Source: Candidatus Bathyarchaeota archaeon (GTDB lineage Archaea; Thermoproteota; Bathyarchaeia; Bathyarchaeales; Bathycorpusculaceae). Taken from it: DNA of 64,000 nt. Made by a program: the position numbers and the translations under genes. Under the pieces are notes generated by a model that ran no database searches, had not been told where the DNA came from, and saw only the letters and a list, made by a program, of their open reading frames with translations. The DNA lies in contig CAWGYA010000008.1 of NCBI GenBank assembly GCA_963826715.1, forward strand, positions 640,001 through 704,000. The letters are read 5' to 3'. Positions 1-10,392 of the stretch are shown piece by piece. Numbering within the stretch: position 1 is the first letter of the stretch; every line of letters starts with the position of its first letter.

Positions 1-105
1 TTGCCCTTTACTAATTAGGGTTTTTATTACGTTGTGGCAAACGCGTTCACCGCCACCATAGATATCCAAGTATGGGTGGACAACAAGGAAAGTTGCCATA
101 GTCAT
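1..105 (-). CDS. GT4-family glycosyltransferase, N-terminal fragment (runs off window edge)
   Basis: Manual translation MTMATFLVVHPYLDIYGGGERVCHNVIKTLISKGQ; HP...GGGER motif typical of GT4/ALG11-like enzymes; not in ORF track. Confidence 0.75.
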   Translation of the reverse strand, partial: MTMATFLVVHPYLDIYGGGERVCHNVIKTLISKGQ

Positions 106-238
106 AACCTCTAGTTTATTATATAATGCATGTTATCAATTTTTAGAAATAAAAGCGTGTTGTGTGTGAATAAATATCAAATTAAATACAGAAGGCTTAC
201 ATATAGAACCCTTTGGAGAATAACTTAAAGGTGCCGTC

Positions 239-1207
239 TTGCAAGACCAAAAAAGTGTAACAATAATCATTGTTAACTGGAATCAAAAAAAGTGTTTAGA
301 CACCTGTCTGACCTCAATAAAGAGCAAAACAAACTACAAAAAATTTCATACAGTTGTAATTGATAATGGTAGCACTGACGGTTCTCCTCAGATGGTTAGA
401 GAAAAATTTGCTCGGGATCATTTGGTTGTTTTCGATAAAAACTATGGTTTCTCTATCGGCAACAACAATGGCATAATTTATGCGCTTAAAAAGTTCAATC
501 CCGACTATTTGTTGCTTCTAAATAATGATACGGAGATAATTCAGTCAGATTGGCTAAACAAACTGGTTCTTGCTGTGGAGTCCACTCCAAATGTGGGAAT
601 TGTAGGCTGTAAACTCGTTTACCCTAATGGAAAAACACAATACATAGGCACGGAAATGACCGTTCAAGGCTTGTCATGGATTAACCCAGAAACCGAATGT
701 AAATACCCCCGGGCTTTTGACGTTACTGCGGTTCTTGGCGCTTGTTTCTTAATCAAAAGAGAAGTTATCGAAAAAATAGGTTTTTTAGATATCGGGTTTT
801 CTCCTTTTGTACATGAAGAATCAGACTATTGTATCAGAGCTAGGAAGGCAGGTTACCGTATTCGTATAATACTCGATGCTGTTGTGATTCATCAGTGGAA
901 AACGTCAATCGCAACAGTAAACTCAGCACGGTTACAATACATTGTCAGGCGGAATTTTCTCAGGTTTATGCTGCTAAACTTCCCTCTCACTTGGCTTGTT
1001 CGGCGAACAAAGACTGAGGCTAGAATTCTAATTGGATGTTTTATAACGAGAAATAAAGGAGGAGTTGCTCCTGTCAAACTACGAAGTGGCAAAGATTTTC
1101 TTGAAAGGTTAAAAATTAATTCTTACAGTTGGTTGTACAATCTGAAGCGGTTACGTGAGATAATATCAAAACGTCGAAATAGAACAAAAAAACTGCCTCC
1201 GGTATAA
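239..1207 (+). CDS. GT2-family glycosyltransferase
   Basis: IIIVNWN, VIDNGSTDGS, LLLNND, GACFLI and EESDYC motifs. Confidence 0.9.
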   Translation: MQDQKSVTIIIVNWNQKKCLDTCLTSIKSKTNYKKFHTVVIDNGSTDGSPQMVREKFARDHLVVFDKNYGFSIGNNNGIIYALKKFNPDYLLLLNNDTEIIQSDWLNKLVLAVESTPNVGIVGCKLVYPNGKTQYIGTEMTVQGLSWINPETECKYPRAFDVTAVLGACFLIKREVIEKIGFLDIGFSPFVHEESDYCIRARKAGYRIRIILDAVVIHQWKTSIATVNSARLQYIVRRNFLRFMLLNFPLTWLVRRTKTEARILIGCFITRNKGGVAPVKLRSGKDFLERLKINSYSWLYNLKRLREIISKRRNRTKKLPPV

Positions 1208-1289
1208 CATCAAAAATTTAGACAAGTTCTCCTGTAATCTTTTTGCGGGTAGCAAGATATATACGGCTGCAAGAAAAGTGGTACTATAA

Positions 1290-2705
1290 TTGGTTTCAGG
1301 AACGCAGAAAAACATGGTGCCCAAAGAAAGAAAGCTTAAAGTGGTTTTTGCTGACCCGCCGTTTGACAGGACATCTAAAGGGGAAGCGGTGACAGAATCA
1401 CCGAATTTGGGCATCCTCTACCTCATCAGCTACGTCAAACCTCGACTTCAAAATATAGAGTACGTTTACTTGGAGCCGTTCCTCTCGATGGAAGAGCATA
1501 TCGCGAAGATTCGAGAAATTCAGCCTGATGTGTATGCTATTTCATTTACTACTCCGCGGCGCAACCTTGCATTTGAGACAATAGCGAAGGTTAAAGCCTT
1601 AGGTTTACCAATGCTTTTGGTTGCGGGCGGAGCTCATCCGACAATCGATCCCCAAGATGTTCTTAAAAACACACCTATTGAAGTTTGTATTTTAGGTGAG
1701 GGGGAAGATACCTTAAATGAACTTCTCGAGGCGGTCCAAGCTGGGGAATCCATACTTGACATAAATGGAACAGTCAACAAGCGCAAAAACAATGGTATCC
1801 GACCGCTTCTAAAAGATATCGACTTTTTTCCAGCATGGGAAATGATTGACTTCAAAAACTATGACATTGCAGTCAGCAAAAAGCGACGCATGGCATATCT
1901 ACTTCCAATACGTGGCTGTCCCAATTATTGCACCTACTGCAGCAATCCCGTATGGAAACTCGAAAAACCTTGGATGCGGAAACGATCACCGAAAAACATC
2001 GCTGAAGAAGTCGCTTATTTATACGATCGGGGAATTCGCGAAATTTACTTGCGTTCTGACACCTTTAACGTGGATATCAAATGGTGTCTACAGGTATGTG
2101 ACGAAATCGAGAAACTTCAACTTAAAGAAATGGTATTCCAATGTAACCTCCGAGCTGACAAACTCAACGACGAGCTTGCCCATAGGCTTAATGACATTCA
2201 TGTGTGGCTTGTTCACATAGGTCTAGAATCCGCAAATGATCGCGTCCTCAAAGGTATCGGCAAGAATGCCACACAAGCTGACAACCTTTGCACACTCCAA
2301 CTGCTGAAAAAGCACAAAATCAAAGTCTACGGTTTTTTGATGCTCTACAACGCATGGGAAGTCAATGGCAAACTCGAACACGAAACCCCAGAGGAAGTCA
2401 ACAACACTTTAGAGTTCGCGCGCACTTGCCTACGCGATAACTTGATAGAGTTCATTTCCTGGTCCATCACTAATCCCATTATTGGCTCTAAACTCCATGA
2501 TATTGCCAAACGCCACAACATCGCGACTCACAACGTAAAAATCGGCAACTGCATGCGCTTTCCAGATGTAAATGAGGAGCAGATGGTTGAGCACGTCAAG
2601 CAAGGCATGGTATTACAGCTACTCAACGGCATACAAAAAGGCATGATAACCAAGAAAAACTACAAACGCGCCGCTCAGAAAGCCACCAAAATCCTCAACT
2701 TGTAG
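1290..2705 (+). CDS. Cobalamin-binding radical SAM protein
   Basis: N-terminal B12-binding region (PNLGILYL, VAGGAHPT, GEGE) and RGCPNYCTYC CxxxCxxC motif; start may be ATG 1314. Confidence 0.9.
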   Translation: MVSGTQKNMVPKERKLKVVFADPPFDRTSKGEAVTESPNLGILYLISYVKPRLQNIEYVYLEPFLSMEEHIAKIREIQPDVYAISFTTPRRNLAFETIAKVKALGLPMLLVAGGAHPTIDPQDVLKNTPIEVCILGEGEDTLNELLEAVQAGESILDINGTVNKRKNNGIRPLLKDIDFFPAWEMIDFKNYDIAVSKKRRMAYLLPIRGCPNYCTYCSNPVWKLEKPWMRKRSPKNIAEEVAYLYDRGIREIYLRSDTFNVDIKWCLQVCDEIEKLQLKEMVFQCNLRADKLNDELAHRLNDIHVWLVHIGLESANDRVLKGIGKNATQADNLCTLQLLKKHKIKVYGFLMLYNAWEVNGKLEHETPEEVNNTLEFARTCLRDNLIEFISWSITNPIIGSKLHDIAKRHNIATHNVKIGNCMRFPDVNEEQMVEHVKQGMVLQLLNGIQKGMITKKNYKRAAQKATKILNL

Positions 2706-2710
2706 TTGTC

Positions 2711-3478
2711 GTGGCAAACTTTTTAACTTTAGAGGAAAACATAACCACTATGCCATCCTGCCCTGACTCTGATTTCAAAGTTGATTTTGTGATTCCTTCC
2801 CGGAATATTGCAAACCAGACCTTGCTTAACCAAATCAAGCAAATGCCATGCGCAGGAGATATCATAAACATCCATGAGAAGCCGCTGTCCGTGGCCCGCA
2901 AACACGGAGTTCTGGCAGCACAAACGGAGTGGGTTGCGATGGTAGACGACGATATGCTTCTGCCCAGTGACTGGCTTTTGAAAGTTACCAAAGCGATCGA
3001 GCCCAAGGTAGGCGCAATCGGTACCGTGGCAGTACACAAAAATCCACACGCTGCAGCATATGAACGGGTAGTTGGCACCATCTATAACCTAAGCAAACTC
3101 GACACTAATCCCCACATAAATAACATCATCATCCGCCGCAAACTCATGGAAAACTACAATCCACCCCCATTGTTCTTCGGTGAAGACCAAGTCTTCAAAC
3201 GATACGTCCAAAAAACAGGCTATCATTGGAAAGTTCTGCCATTTCTGGGCGCAACACATCTGGGCACATCTAAAAACTACGTAACCATTGGCATATCGTA
3301 TCGTCGCTATGGGCACTTCAGTCTCTTAAAATTATTTAGGCGGATTGTTGCCAGATTCATTTTTACTCCGTATGCCGCGATTTCTAATATGAGCCTCAAA
3401 ACTTTTATCTACCTGACGAAACTCAACATCGAATTCATCGCAGGCTGGACAAAAGAACTTACGATAGAAAAACAGTAG
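2711..3478 (+). CDS. GT2-like glycosyltransferase
   Basis: FVIPS, AR..GV..A, WVAMVDDD (DxD) and GED motifs. Confidence 0.75.
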   Translation: MANFLTLEENITTMPSCPDSDFKVDFVIPSRNIANQTLLNQIKQMPCAGDIINIHEKPLSVARKHGVLAAQTEWVAMVDDDMLLPSDWLLKVTKAIEPKVGAIGTVAVHKNPHAAAYERVVGTIYNLSKLDTNPHINNIIIRRKLMENYNPPPLFFGEDQVFKRYVQKTGYHWKVLPFLGATHLGTSKNYVTIGISYRRYGHFSLLKLFRRIVARFIFTPYAAISNMSLKTFIYLTKLNIEFIAGWTKELTIEKQ

Positions 3479-3505
3479 CGAAAACAAATCGCCACTTTGT
3501 TTTCG
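3479..3505. terminator. Hairpin between convergent genes, possible bidirectional terminator
   Basis: Perfect 10-bp stem CGAAAACAAA / TTTGTTTTCG with a 7-nt loop directly after the GT2 stop; T-run nearby. Confidence 0.4.
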
Positions 3506-3558
3506 GTGGTTTAATGTTCCTCGCTAAATAAGGAAGTTCGTTTTTTTTAAGCGACAGG

Positions 3559-4905
3559 TTACCGCATTTTCATTAGAACCATTTCAGCCGCCAAAACCAT
3601 GGGTTCCCATGTTTCGCAGAGTGGCGGAGCGTATGCGGTGTCGGCTTTAGCGAGTTCGCGCACGGTCATACCTTTTTGGATGGCAAAGCTAAGGCAATTG
3701 ATGCGTTGGGTAACTTCTTCGCCTCCAACAACTTGCGCACCAATGATGCGTTGGCTTTCTTTTTCGACGATAAGTTTGATTTTGATGGGTTTGGCGCCTG
3801 GGAAGTAATCAGCTTTGGTTTTGCTGCTGATAGCGCCTGTCAACACTTCAAGTTGGTTGCGATTCGCAGCGTTTTCTGTTAAGCCCGTGTTGCCTGCTTC
3901 AATTTCAAAGAGCCTTGTGACTGCCGAGGCTAAAACGCCGCTGAAAAGAGAGTAGCCGCCTGCCGCATTTGCGCCTGCCACCTTTCCTTCGCGAACCGCG
4001 ACAGTGCCAAGTTGGGCACAGGTGGTACGGTGGGTGATAATACTTGGGGCTTCAGCGCAGTCACCCACAGCATAGATATCTTTGACTTCGGTTTCCATGC
4101 GGCTGTTAGTCTTAATTGATCGGGTTTCACCAAGGGGGATACCGGCATCCGCTGCGAGTTTTGTTGATGCGCGCACACCAAATGCGCTGATGAAAAGATC
4201 TGCATTAATAACTTCGCCACCTGCAACTACTGCAGTGACTCTATCAGTTCCCAAGAACTCTTCAACTCCTTTTCCGAGCATTATCTTCATTCCTTTCTCT
4301 TCGAGGTGCTGCTGCACAAGCTTAGCCATATCCGGGTCAAGTAATTGTGGTAGAATCTGGGGCATAAGTTCCACCATGGTAACATTTAAACCCCGCTCCA
4401 TTAAGCCAACGCCAACTTCAAGCCCAATTAAGCCTGCTCCCATGATTATAGCAGATTTGGCGCCCGCTTTTATGGCAGCATCAATTTTTTCTCCGTCATC
4501 GATTCCTCGCAGGCTTAGTATACCCGGTTTCTCTCTACCCTTAATGGGAGGCATGAATGAATCGGCGCCTGTTGCAATTATGAGACTGTCGTAGGACAGA
4601 GTTTCGGTTGCACCCCGACAGGATTGGATAGTGACGGTTTTCTCTTTGATATTTATGGCAGTGGCAAGGGTTTGGGTACACAAATTTAATTTGAGCATCT
4701 GGAAGTAAGCGGGTGGATAAACGATCAGGTTAGAAAAGTTAGCGATGTGCCCACCAATAACAAAGGGCAAGCCGCATCGACTGTATCCCGCGTTTTTCTC
4801 TTGTGTAATGAGGGTGATTTCAGCGACTCGGTCTTTTTTACGTGCAGCAGAAGCTGCCTCTACGCCAGAAGCATTTGCGCCGATGATAAGTATACGCCTA
4901 GCCAT
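3559..4905 (-). CDS. FAD-dependent NADH oxidase / CoA-disulfide reductase family protein
   Basis: IIGANASG FAD motif, YSRCGLP redox Cys, GAGLIG NAD motif, YAVGD, C-terminal AYAPP. Confidence 0.9.
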   Translation of the reverse strand: MARRILIIGANASGVEAASAARKKDRVAEITLITQEKNAGYSRCGLPFVIGGHIANFSNLIVYPPAYFQMLKLNLCTQTLATAINIKEKTVTIQSCRGATETLSYDSLIIATGADSFMPPIKGREKPGILSLRGIDDGEKIDAAIKAGAKSAIIMGAGLIGLEVGVGLMERGLNVTMVELMPQILPQLLDPDMAKLVQQHLEEKGMKIMLGKGVEEFLGTDRVTAVVAGGEVINADLFISAFGVRASTKLAADAGIPLGETRSIKTNSRMETEVKDIYAVGDCAEAPSIITHRTTCAQLGTVAVREGKVAGANAAGGYSLFSGVLASAVTRLFEIEAGNTGLTENAANRNQLEVLTGAISSKTKADYFPGAKPIKIKLIVEKESQRIIGAQVVGGEEVTQRINCLSFAIQKGMTVRELAKADTAYAPPLCETWEPMVLAAEMVLMKMR

Positions 4906-4920
4906 CCCACTTCGCCTAAT

Positions 4921-5340
4921 TCAGCACTTGTCTGTCGATTGGGATTTATGCCACTCAACAGCAGTTTCAAAATTCATCAGGTTAGCGAGGTCGGCTTGTA
5001 GATTAGGAGATTTAATTACGAGGAGCCAACCTTTGCCGTAGGGGTCTTCGTTTAAGGTTTCAGGTTTAGATTGAACTTCTTCGTTGACTTCCTCTATGGT
5101 ACCCGTAACGGCAGAGATGAGGTCAGATACGGCTTTAACTGATTCGAGTGTCCCATAAGGCTCGTTTTGTTTGACTTGTGATCCAATAGAAGGCAATTCA
5201 GCATAGACAATTTCCCGTAGTGATTTCTGCGCATAATCAGTTATGCCTACGCGGACTTTGTCCCCTTCAATTTTTACCCATTCAAAATCCTTGGAGAAGT
5301 AGAGCCCTTCAGGCACTTCATATTGTTCAACTTTAACCAT
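4921..5340 (-). CDS. gcvH: Glycine cleavage system H (lipoyl carrier) protein
   Basis: VGITDYAQ, ESVKAVSD lipoyl-Lys, NEDPYGKGWL. Confidence 0.95.
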   Translation of the reverse strand: MVKVEQYEVPEGLYFSKDFEWVKIEGDKVRVGITDYAQKSLREIVYAELPSIGSQVKQNEPYGTLESVKAVSDLISAVTGTIEEVNEEVQSKPETLNEDPYGKGWLLVIKSPNLQADLANLMNFETAVEWHKSQSTDKC

Positions 5341-5420
5341 GCACCGTACCTTCTGTATATTCTTGAAAAAGAAGTAGTAGAAATAACCTATAAAAGGTTA
5401 TATTAGGAGAAGATTGGCTG

Positions 5421-6506
5421 TTAACGTTCCCGTTTGCCTGTAATCCATTCTTCTGTCCACTGCTTTGCCTGCGAGTCAGGAATTTGCATTGGCGGATGCT
5501 TAAAAGCGTATGAGGGCATGCTGATTAGTGCTCCACTAATTTTGCGATCTAATGCAATTTTGGCCGCTCGGATGAGATCAATGACCACTCCTCCACTGTT
5601 GGGTGAGTCTTCGACTTCGAGTTTAACACTAATATTAATGGGGCGGTCACCGAATTTTCGTCCCTTAAGCGATATGTAACATATTTTCTTGTTCTTTAGA
5701 AATGGCACGTAATCGCTAGGTCCAATACGCGTGGGTAAGGCATAGGGGACTAGGCTTGTTACAGCTTCAGTTTTACTTATCCGCTTGGATTTAAGTCGTC
5801 CTTCTACAGTCATGTTTTGGAAGTCTGTGTCTCCGCCGAGGTTCAGCTGATAAGTTTCGTCTACGATAACGCCACGATCAAGGCAGAGCCGAACAAGATT
5901 ACGATGTAGAATTGTGGCTCCGACTTGGCTTTTGATGTCGTCACCTAAGACAGGCAATCCCACTTCTTCGAATTTTTTAGGCCACTCTTTTGAGGAGTCT
6001 GAGGCGATGAATTCGGGCATGCAGTTCACAAAAGCACATCCTGCATCTAAGGCGCATTGAGCGTAGTAGCGAACTGCATCGTGGCTGCCCACTGGAAGGT
6101 AGTTAACTAGGACTTGGGCTTTTGATTCTTCTAGGATTTTCACGACACTATCTTTGCTTGTATTGCTATCGTCGTATACGTTGAAGGTTTCCCGCATGTG
6201 AGGTGCCACACCGTCAAGGATGGGGGCTGGGGAGACTTTAACGTCTAGGTTTGGAACATCCGCGAATTTTTCACAGCAGTTTGGCTTGGTGAAAATTGCC
6301 TCTGAAAGGTCTTGGCCGATTTTAGCTTTATTAACTTCGAAAGCGGCAACGAATTTAATATCGGATATATGATAGCCGCCGTAGTTCACGTGCATAAGGC
6401 CGGGCACAGTTTCGTTTTCTTTTGCGTCCTTATAGTACTGAGTTCCCTGAACGAGGGCACATGCGCTATTGCCAACACCGACGATTGCTACACGAATTTC
6501 CGGCAT
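5421..6506 (-). CDS. ino1: myo-inositol-1-phosphate synthase
   Basis: VGVGNSA, NYLPVGS, GDDIKSQVGAT, DSPNSGG. Confidence 0.95.
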   Translation of the reverse strand: MPEIRVAIVGVGNSACALVQGTQYYKDAKENETVPGLMHVNYGGYHISDIKFVAAFEVNKAKIGQDLSEAIFTKPNCCEKFADVPNLDVKVSPAPILDGVAPHMRETFNVYDDSNTSKDSVVKILEESKAQVLVNYLPVGSHDAVRYYAQCALDAGCAFVNCMPEFIASDSSKEWPKKFEEVGLPVLGDDIKSQVGATILHRNLVRLCLDRGVIVDETYQLNLGGDTDFQNMTVEGRLKSKRISKTEAVTSLVPYALPTRIGPSDYVPFLKNKKICYISLKGRKFGDRPINISVKLEVEDSPNSGGVVIDLIRAAKIALDRKISGALISMPSYAFKHPPMQIPDSQAKQWTEEWITGKRER

Positions 6507-6773
6507 AGATAATCATTCCAATTTAGAGTTGATTGTAGGCTTAATGTCCACGTGCGCTATAACTTTTTCCTATCAAAGGAGACTTGTTTCGTTTCAGATC
6601 AGTGAATCTGAGAGCTGGCTTCCCGAAGTATATCCTCTTCCGACAATAGCAGCCTAAAGGTCAAATATCATTTAACCCCAAAACCCAACCCAAAAACTAA
6701 ACATTTTATAGAACCAAACTCATGCTAAGATGCGCCCTTCTGCTTATATACGATTCAGTTCAATTCCATAATC

Positions 6774-8018
6774 ATGAATACCCAGCACCCAAAATCCGAA
6801 AATACAGATGTTGCCATAATCGGTGCTGGACCAGTTGGCTCTTACGCTGCACTAAATTTAGCAAAGTTAGGCGTGGACACTACTGTCTTTGAGGAACACT
6901 CACAAATCGGTCTACCATCTCATTGCGCAGGGCACATCAGTATCCGGAGCCTCAAAAACTTCAATCTCTACCCTTTGCCCACCGGCATTATTGAGAACAC
7001 CTTCTGTGCCGCCAACTTTAACTCACCCCAAGGCACCAAATTCACACTTCATCTCTCCTGTCCCGTAACCTTGAGCCTTGATAGGACACGTTTTGATCAG
7101 TATCTCGCTGGTAAGGCGCAGGCAGCTGGCACACGATTAGTTTTGGGCTCCCGTGTGTTATCGCTTCTGAAACAAGGAGGTTGCGTAGAGGGTCTAACAA
7201 TCATGCGAGAAAACGGCGCCCAACAAAAGATGAAGTCTAAGATCGTTTTGGATGCCGAAGGAATTTCATCCCGACTATTACGGCAAGCTGGGTTATCCAC
7301 AATTAAAAACAGAAATTTAGTCTATGCAGTGGAAACGGAAATCGAAAATGCACAAGACATCGAAGAAAATACGGTGGAGGTATATTTTGGCAAATCTTAC
7401 GCACCCGGATTTTATGGTTGGCTCATCCCAAAATCCGACGGCAGAGCCAAATTGGGTTTAGCCACCAACCAAGGCAATCCCAAAACTTTCCTAAACCGCC
7501 TAATAACAAAACACCCAATAGCATCGAAACAACTCGCCAATGCAAAATTCGTCAAAACAAGTTACCACGCAATCAGCTTAGGTGGACCCATCGAGAAAGT
7601 CTACACTGATGGTTTCTTGGCAATGGGCGATTGTGCCTCTCAGGTGAAGCCGACGACTGGAGGCGGAGTCATCTTCGGGATAACCTGCGCAAGAGAGGCA
7701 GCAGAAGTAGCAAATATTGCACTTAGGGAAAATGATTTTTCAGCCAGGGTCTTGCAGACTTACCAGAAACGCTGCGAGAGAAAGCTAAACTTTGACTTTT
7801 ATGTAATGTTGCGGATGAGACACTTCCTTGATTCCCTTTCGGATGAGCGTATTGATGAGATGCTACGTGTCTGTGGCAAACTCGGCCTAGATAAAGTTAT
7901 GCGAGATGTTGATGAAATCGATTATCAAGGCAGGTTACTTCTTACTGCACTTGGCAAACCTCAGATGCTAGCGGCATTCGCTTATTTTGGATTGCTTTAT
8001 CTATCTGCAAACCCTTAA
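6774..8018 (+). CDS. Geranylgeranyl reductase family FAD oxidoreductase
   Basis: IIGAGPVG, HCAG, YGWLIPK, GDCASQVKPTTGGG. Confidence 0.85.
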   Translation: MNTQHPKSENTDVAIIGAGPVGSYAALNLAKLGVDTTVFEEHSQIGLPSHCAGHISIRSLKNFNLYPLPTGIIENTFCAANFNSPQGTKFTLHLSCPVTLSLDRTRFDQYLAGKAQAAGTRLVLGSRVLSLLKQGGCVEGLTIMRENGAQQKMKSKIVLDAEGISSRLLRQAGLSTIKNRNLVYAVETEIENAQDIEENTVEVYFGKSYAPGFYGWLIPKSDGRAKLGLATNQGNPKTFLNRLITKHPIASKQLANAKFVKTSYHAISLGGPIEKVYTDGFLAMGDCASQVKPTTGGGVIFGITCAREAAEVANIALRENDFSARVLQTYQKRCERKLNFDFYVMLRMRHFLDSLSDERIDEMLRVCGKLGLDKVMRDVDEIDYQGRLLLTALGKPQMLAAFAYFGLLYLSANP

Positions 8019-8054
8019 AATCTCTGACACTAACATAGATGCTGGAAAGTAGCT

Positions 8055-8417
8055 ATGAACGAATTTGAATATAAGCAGGTTCTAGTCTTCAGAACGGATT
8101 TGCAGATGGGTAAAGGCAAAATCGCGGCACAAGCAGGGCACGCCGCCATTTCTGCAGCACAAGACGCCTTCATTCATCACAAGAAGTGGTGGGATTCATG
8201 GATATATGAAGGACAAAAGAAAGTTGCTTTAAAGGTTCAAACAGAAAAGGAACTTTGCGAACTTGAGGAAGCAGCGGAAGATTTGGGATTACCGCATGCT
8301 TTGATTGTTGACCGAGGATTAACACAGATTCCAGAAGGTTCCATCACATGCCTCGGCATCGGACCAGCACCAGCGGAGAGAATAGACCGCTTAACGAACA
8401 AACTCAAGTTGTTGTAG
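8055..8417 (+). CDS. pth2: Peptidyl-tRNA hydrolase Pth2
   Basis: KQVLVFRTDLQMGKGKIAAQAGHA; DRGLTQI; GIGPA. Confidence 0.95.
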   Translation: MNEFEYKQVLVFRTDLQMGKGKIAAQAGHAAISAAQDAFIHHKKWWDSWIYEGQKKVALKVQTEKELCELEEAAEDLGLPHALIVDRGLTQIPEGSITCLGIGPAPAERIDRLTNKLKLL

Positions 8418-8426
8418 GCGTTTTTT

Positions 8427-9770
8427 TTGCAGGTCCCCAACATTGACAAATTACTCGGTATGGAAGTCTACGCCACTAATACTGCAGGGATAGGCGGAGT
8501 AATCAAGGCGGAAACGGATGATTTTGTGGTTGAAGAAATACTTGTTGATGGTTCTAAAGCATCCGTAAAGGGTACGGTTCCAAGTAGTGTTTTAAGCTCA
8601 ACATCAAGATGGCAACGGTACTTGCTATGTGTGGTTGTAAAACGCAACTGGGACACTTTTATCGCTACCAAAAACGTCACAAAAGCATTAGGCATCGAAC
8701 AACGCCGGCTCCAGTTTGCGGGAATAAAAGACGCCAAAGCCCTAACTGCACAATTCATCACATTAGAAAGGGTTTCCGTTGAAGAAGCCATGAAAGTTGA
8801 GGTAACCGGCGTACAGGTTTATCCAGTAGGTTATGTGCGGGAAATGCTCTCGCTATTTTATCTTCTAGGCAACCACTTCAATATTACCATCAAAAACATA
8901 GGTGTAACAACAGATCAGATAACTCACACTATCCAAGAAATCAGAGAAATTGGATTTATCCCAAACTTCTTTGGGCACCAACGCTTCGGCTCCACTCGCC
9001 CCATTACCCACCACGTCGGAAAAGCCCTCATCAACAATTGCTTTGAGGAGGCAGCTATGTTGTTTCTAGCTAACCCCAGCCAATATGAGCATCCAGAGTC
9101 ACAGCAAGCACGACAAGAACTACAAGATTCCCACGACTTTAAGAAAGCTTTAGAAAACTTTCCAAGGCAACTCCGTTTTGAACGCTTAATGCTTGGTCAC
9201 CTAGCCCAAAACCCAACAGATTACATTGGTGCCTTTCAACGACTCCCCCCTAAGTTACAGGCACTCTTCGTCCAAGCACACCAATCCTATCTATTTAACC
9301 GCTTTCTAAGCAAGCGAATTAAGTGCGGGTTACCATTAAACTTGGCAGTTGAGGGTGATTTTTTGGTTGGAGTTGAGCGGACAGGGTTGCCTTTGATGAG
9401 TACAGTCAAAATTGTCTCACCCCAAAATATCACTGAAGTGAATAACTCCCTTAAATTAGGTAAAATGCGAGTTGCGCTACCTATATTTGGTGTCAAACAG
9501 AAACTCTCAACCGGTGTAATGGGCAAGATCGAATTAGAAGTCTTAGCTGAGGAAGGAGTAGAGATTGAGGGGCTGCGATTTAATGTGCTCTCTCGAGTTG
9601 GAGGCAAGGGGGGCTTACGCACAGCGACTACGCCAGTAAAGGATTTTACCTTCCAGGAAATTTCTGGAGCCTCAATACGAGTAAGTTTTATGCTTCTACG
9701 AGGCTGCTATGCCACCGTGCTTCTACGCGAATTAATCAAGCCGTCTAATCCTGTAGTTTCAGGGTTCTGA
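8427..9770 (+). CDS. truD: tRNA pseudouridine(13) synthase TruD
   Basis: DFVVEE, FAGIKDAKA.T.Q, GNHFNI, PNFFGHQRFG, GCYATVLLREL. Confidence 0.95.
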   Translation: MQVPNIDKLLGMEVYATNTAGIGGVIKAETDDFVVEEILVDGSKASVKGTVPSSVLSSTSRWQRYLLCVVVKRNWDTFIATKNVTKALGIEQRRLQFAGIKDAKALTAQFITLERVSVEEAMKVEVTGVQVYPVGYVREMLSLFYLLGNHFNITIKNIGVTTDQITHTIQEIREIGFIPNFFGHQRFGSTRPITHHVGKALINNCFEEAAMLFLANPSQYEHPESQQARQELQDSHDFKKALENFPRQLRFERLMLGHLAQNPTDYIGAFQRLPPKLQALFVQAHQSYLFNRFLSKRIKCGLPLNLAVEGDFLVGVERTGLPLMSTVKIVSPQNITEVNNSLKLGKMRVALPIFGVKQKLSTGVMGKIELEVLAEEGVEIEGLRFNVLSRVGGKGGLRTATTPVKDFTFQEISGASIRVSFMLLRGCYATVLLRELIKPSNPVVSGF

Positions 9771-9831
9771 GGTCAGAGCATAAACGCTGATAAATGAGAA
9801 GATACTTCAGTGATTTTAGGAGAAGCTTTTA

Positions 9832-10392
9832 ATGGAGAGCAATCATCAGAAATCTCAGTGCATCATTCCAATACATAAACCAAGCCTAAGAGAATATGCC
9901 TTCTTTTTTGTGTCAGGTATAATCGTCAGTATTCCATTTGCTGCTTTCTTTGAAAGTCTTTACCCCTTTACTGCTGCAATCTTGATTGTTATTGTGGCAC
10001 CCTTCATCGAGGAACTCGCAAAGGTGTTCCCACTCTTTTACCGTCATGGAGAAACCGAACGTTCCCTACTTACTCTTGGATTACTGATCGGATTGGGCTT
10101 TGGCATCGCAGAACTCGTCGAGTACACAGTCATCGGCGGAGTACCTTTCTTCATACGCATACCTGGAGTTATTTTCCACGCCTCAAGTGCAACCATAACC
10201 GCCTATGGAATCTCAAAAAAGAATCCGCTCCCTTACTATCTAATAGCAGTCTCGCTTCATGTCATCAACAATTTTTTCGCCTTAACTACTAACATTTTCA
10301 CCGTGCCTGTACAGCTATTGGTTTTAATAACTGTTTATTGGCTGGCTTGGCGCTACTGGCACAAAGCCCATGCTAATGTAACAGTTGTCTAG
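9832..10392 (+). CDS. PrsW-family intramembrane glutamic protease
   Basis: APFIEELAK, GLGFGIAE and His motifs in TM helices. Confidence 0.8.
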   Translation: MESNHQKSQCIIPIHKPSLREYAFFFVSGIIVSIPFAAFFESLYPFTAAILIVIVAPFIEELAKVFPLFYRHGETERSLLTLGLLIGLGFGIAELVEYTVIGGVPFFIRIPGVIFHASSATITAYGISKKNPLPYYLIAVSLHVINNFFALTTNIFTVPVQLLVLITVYWLAWRYWHKAHANVTVV

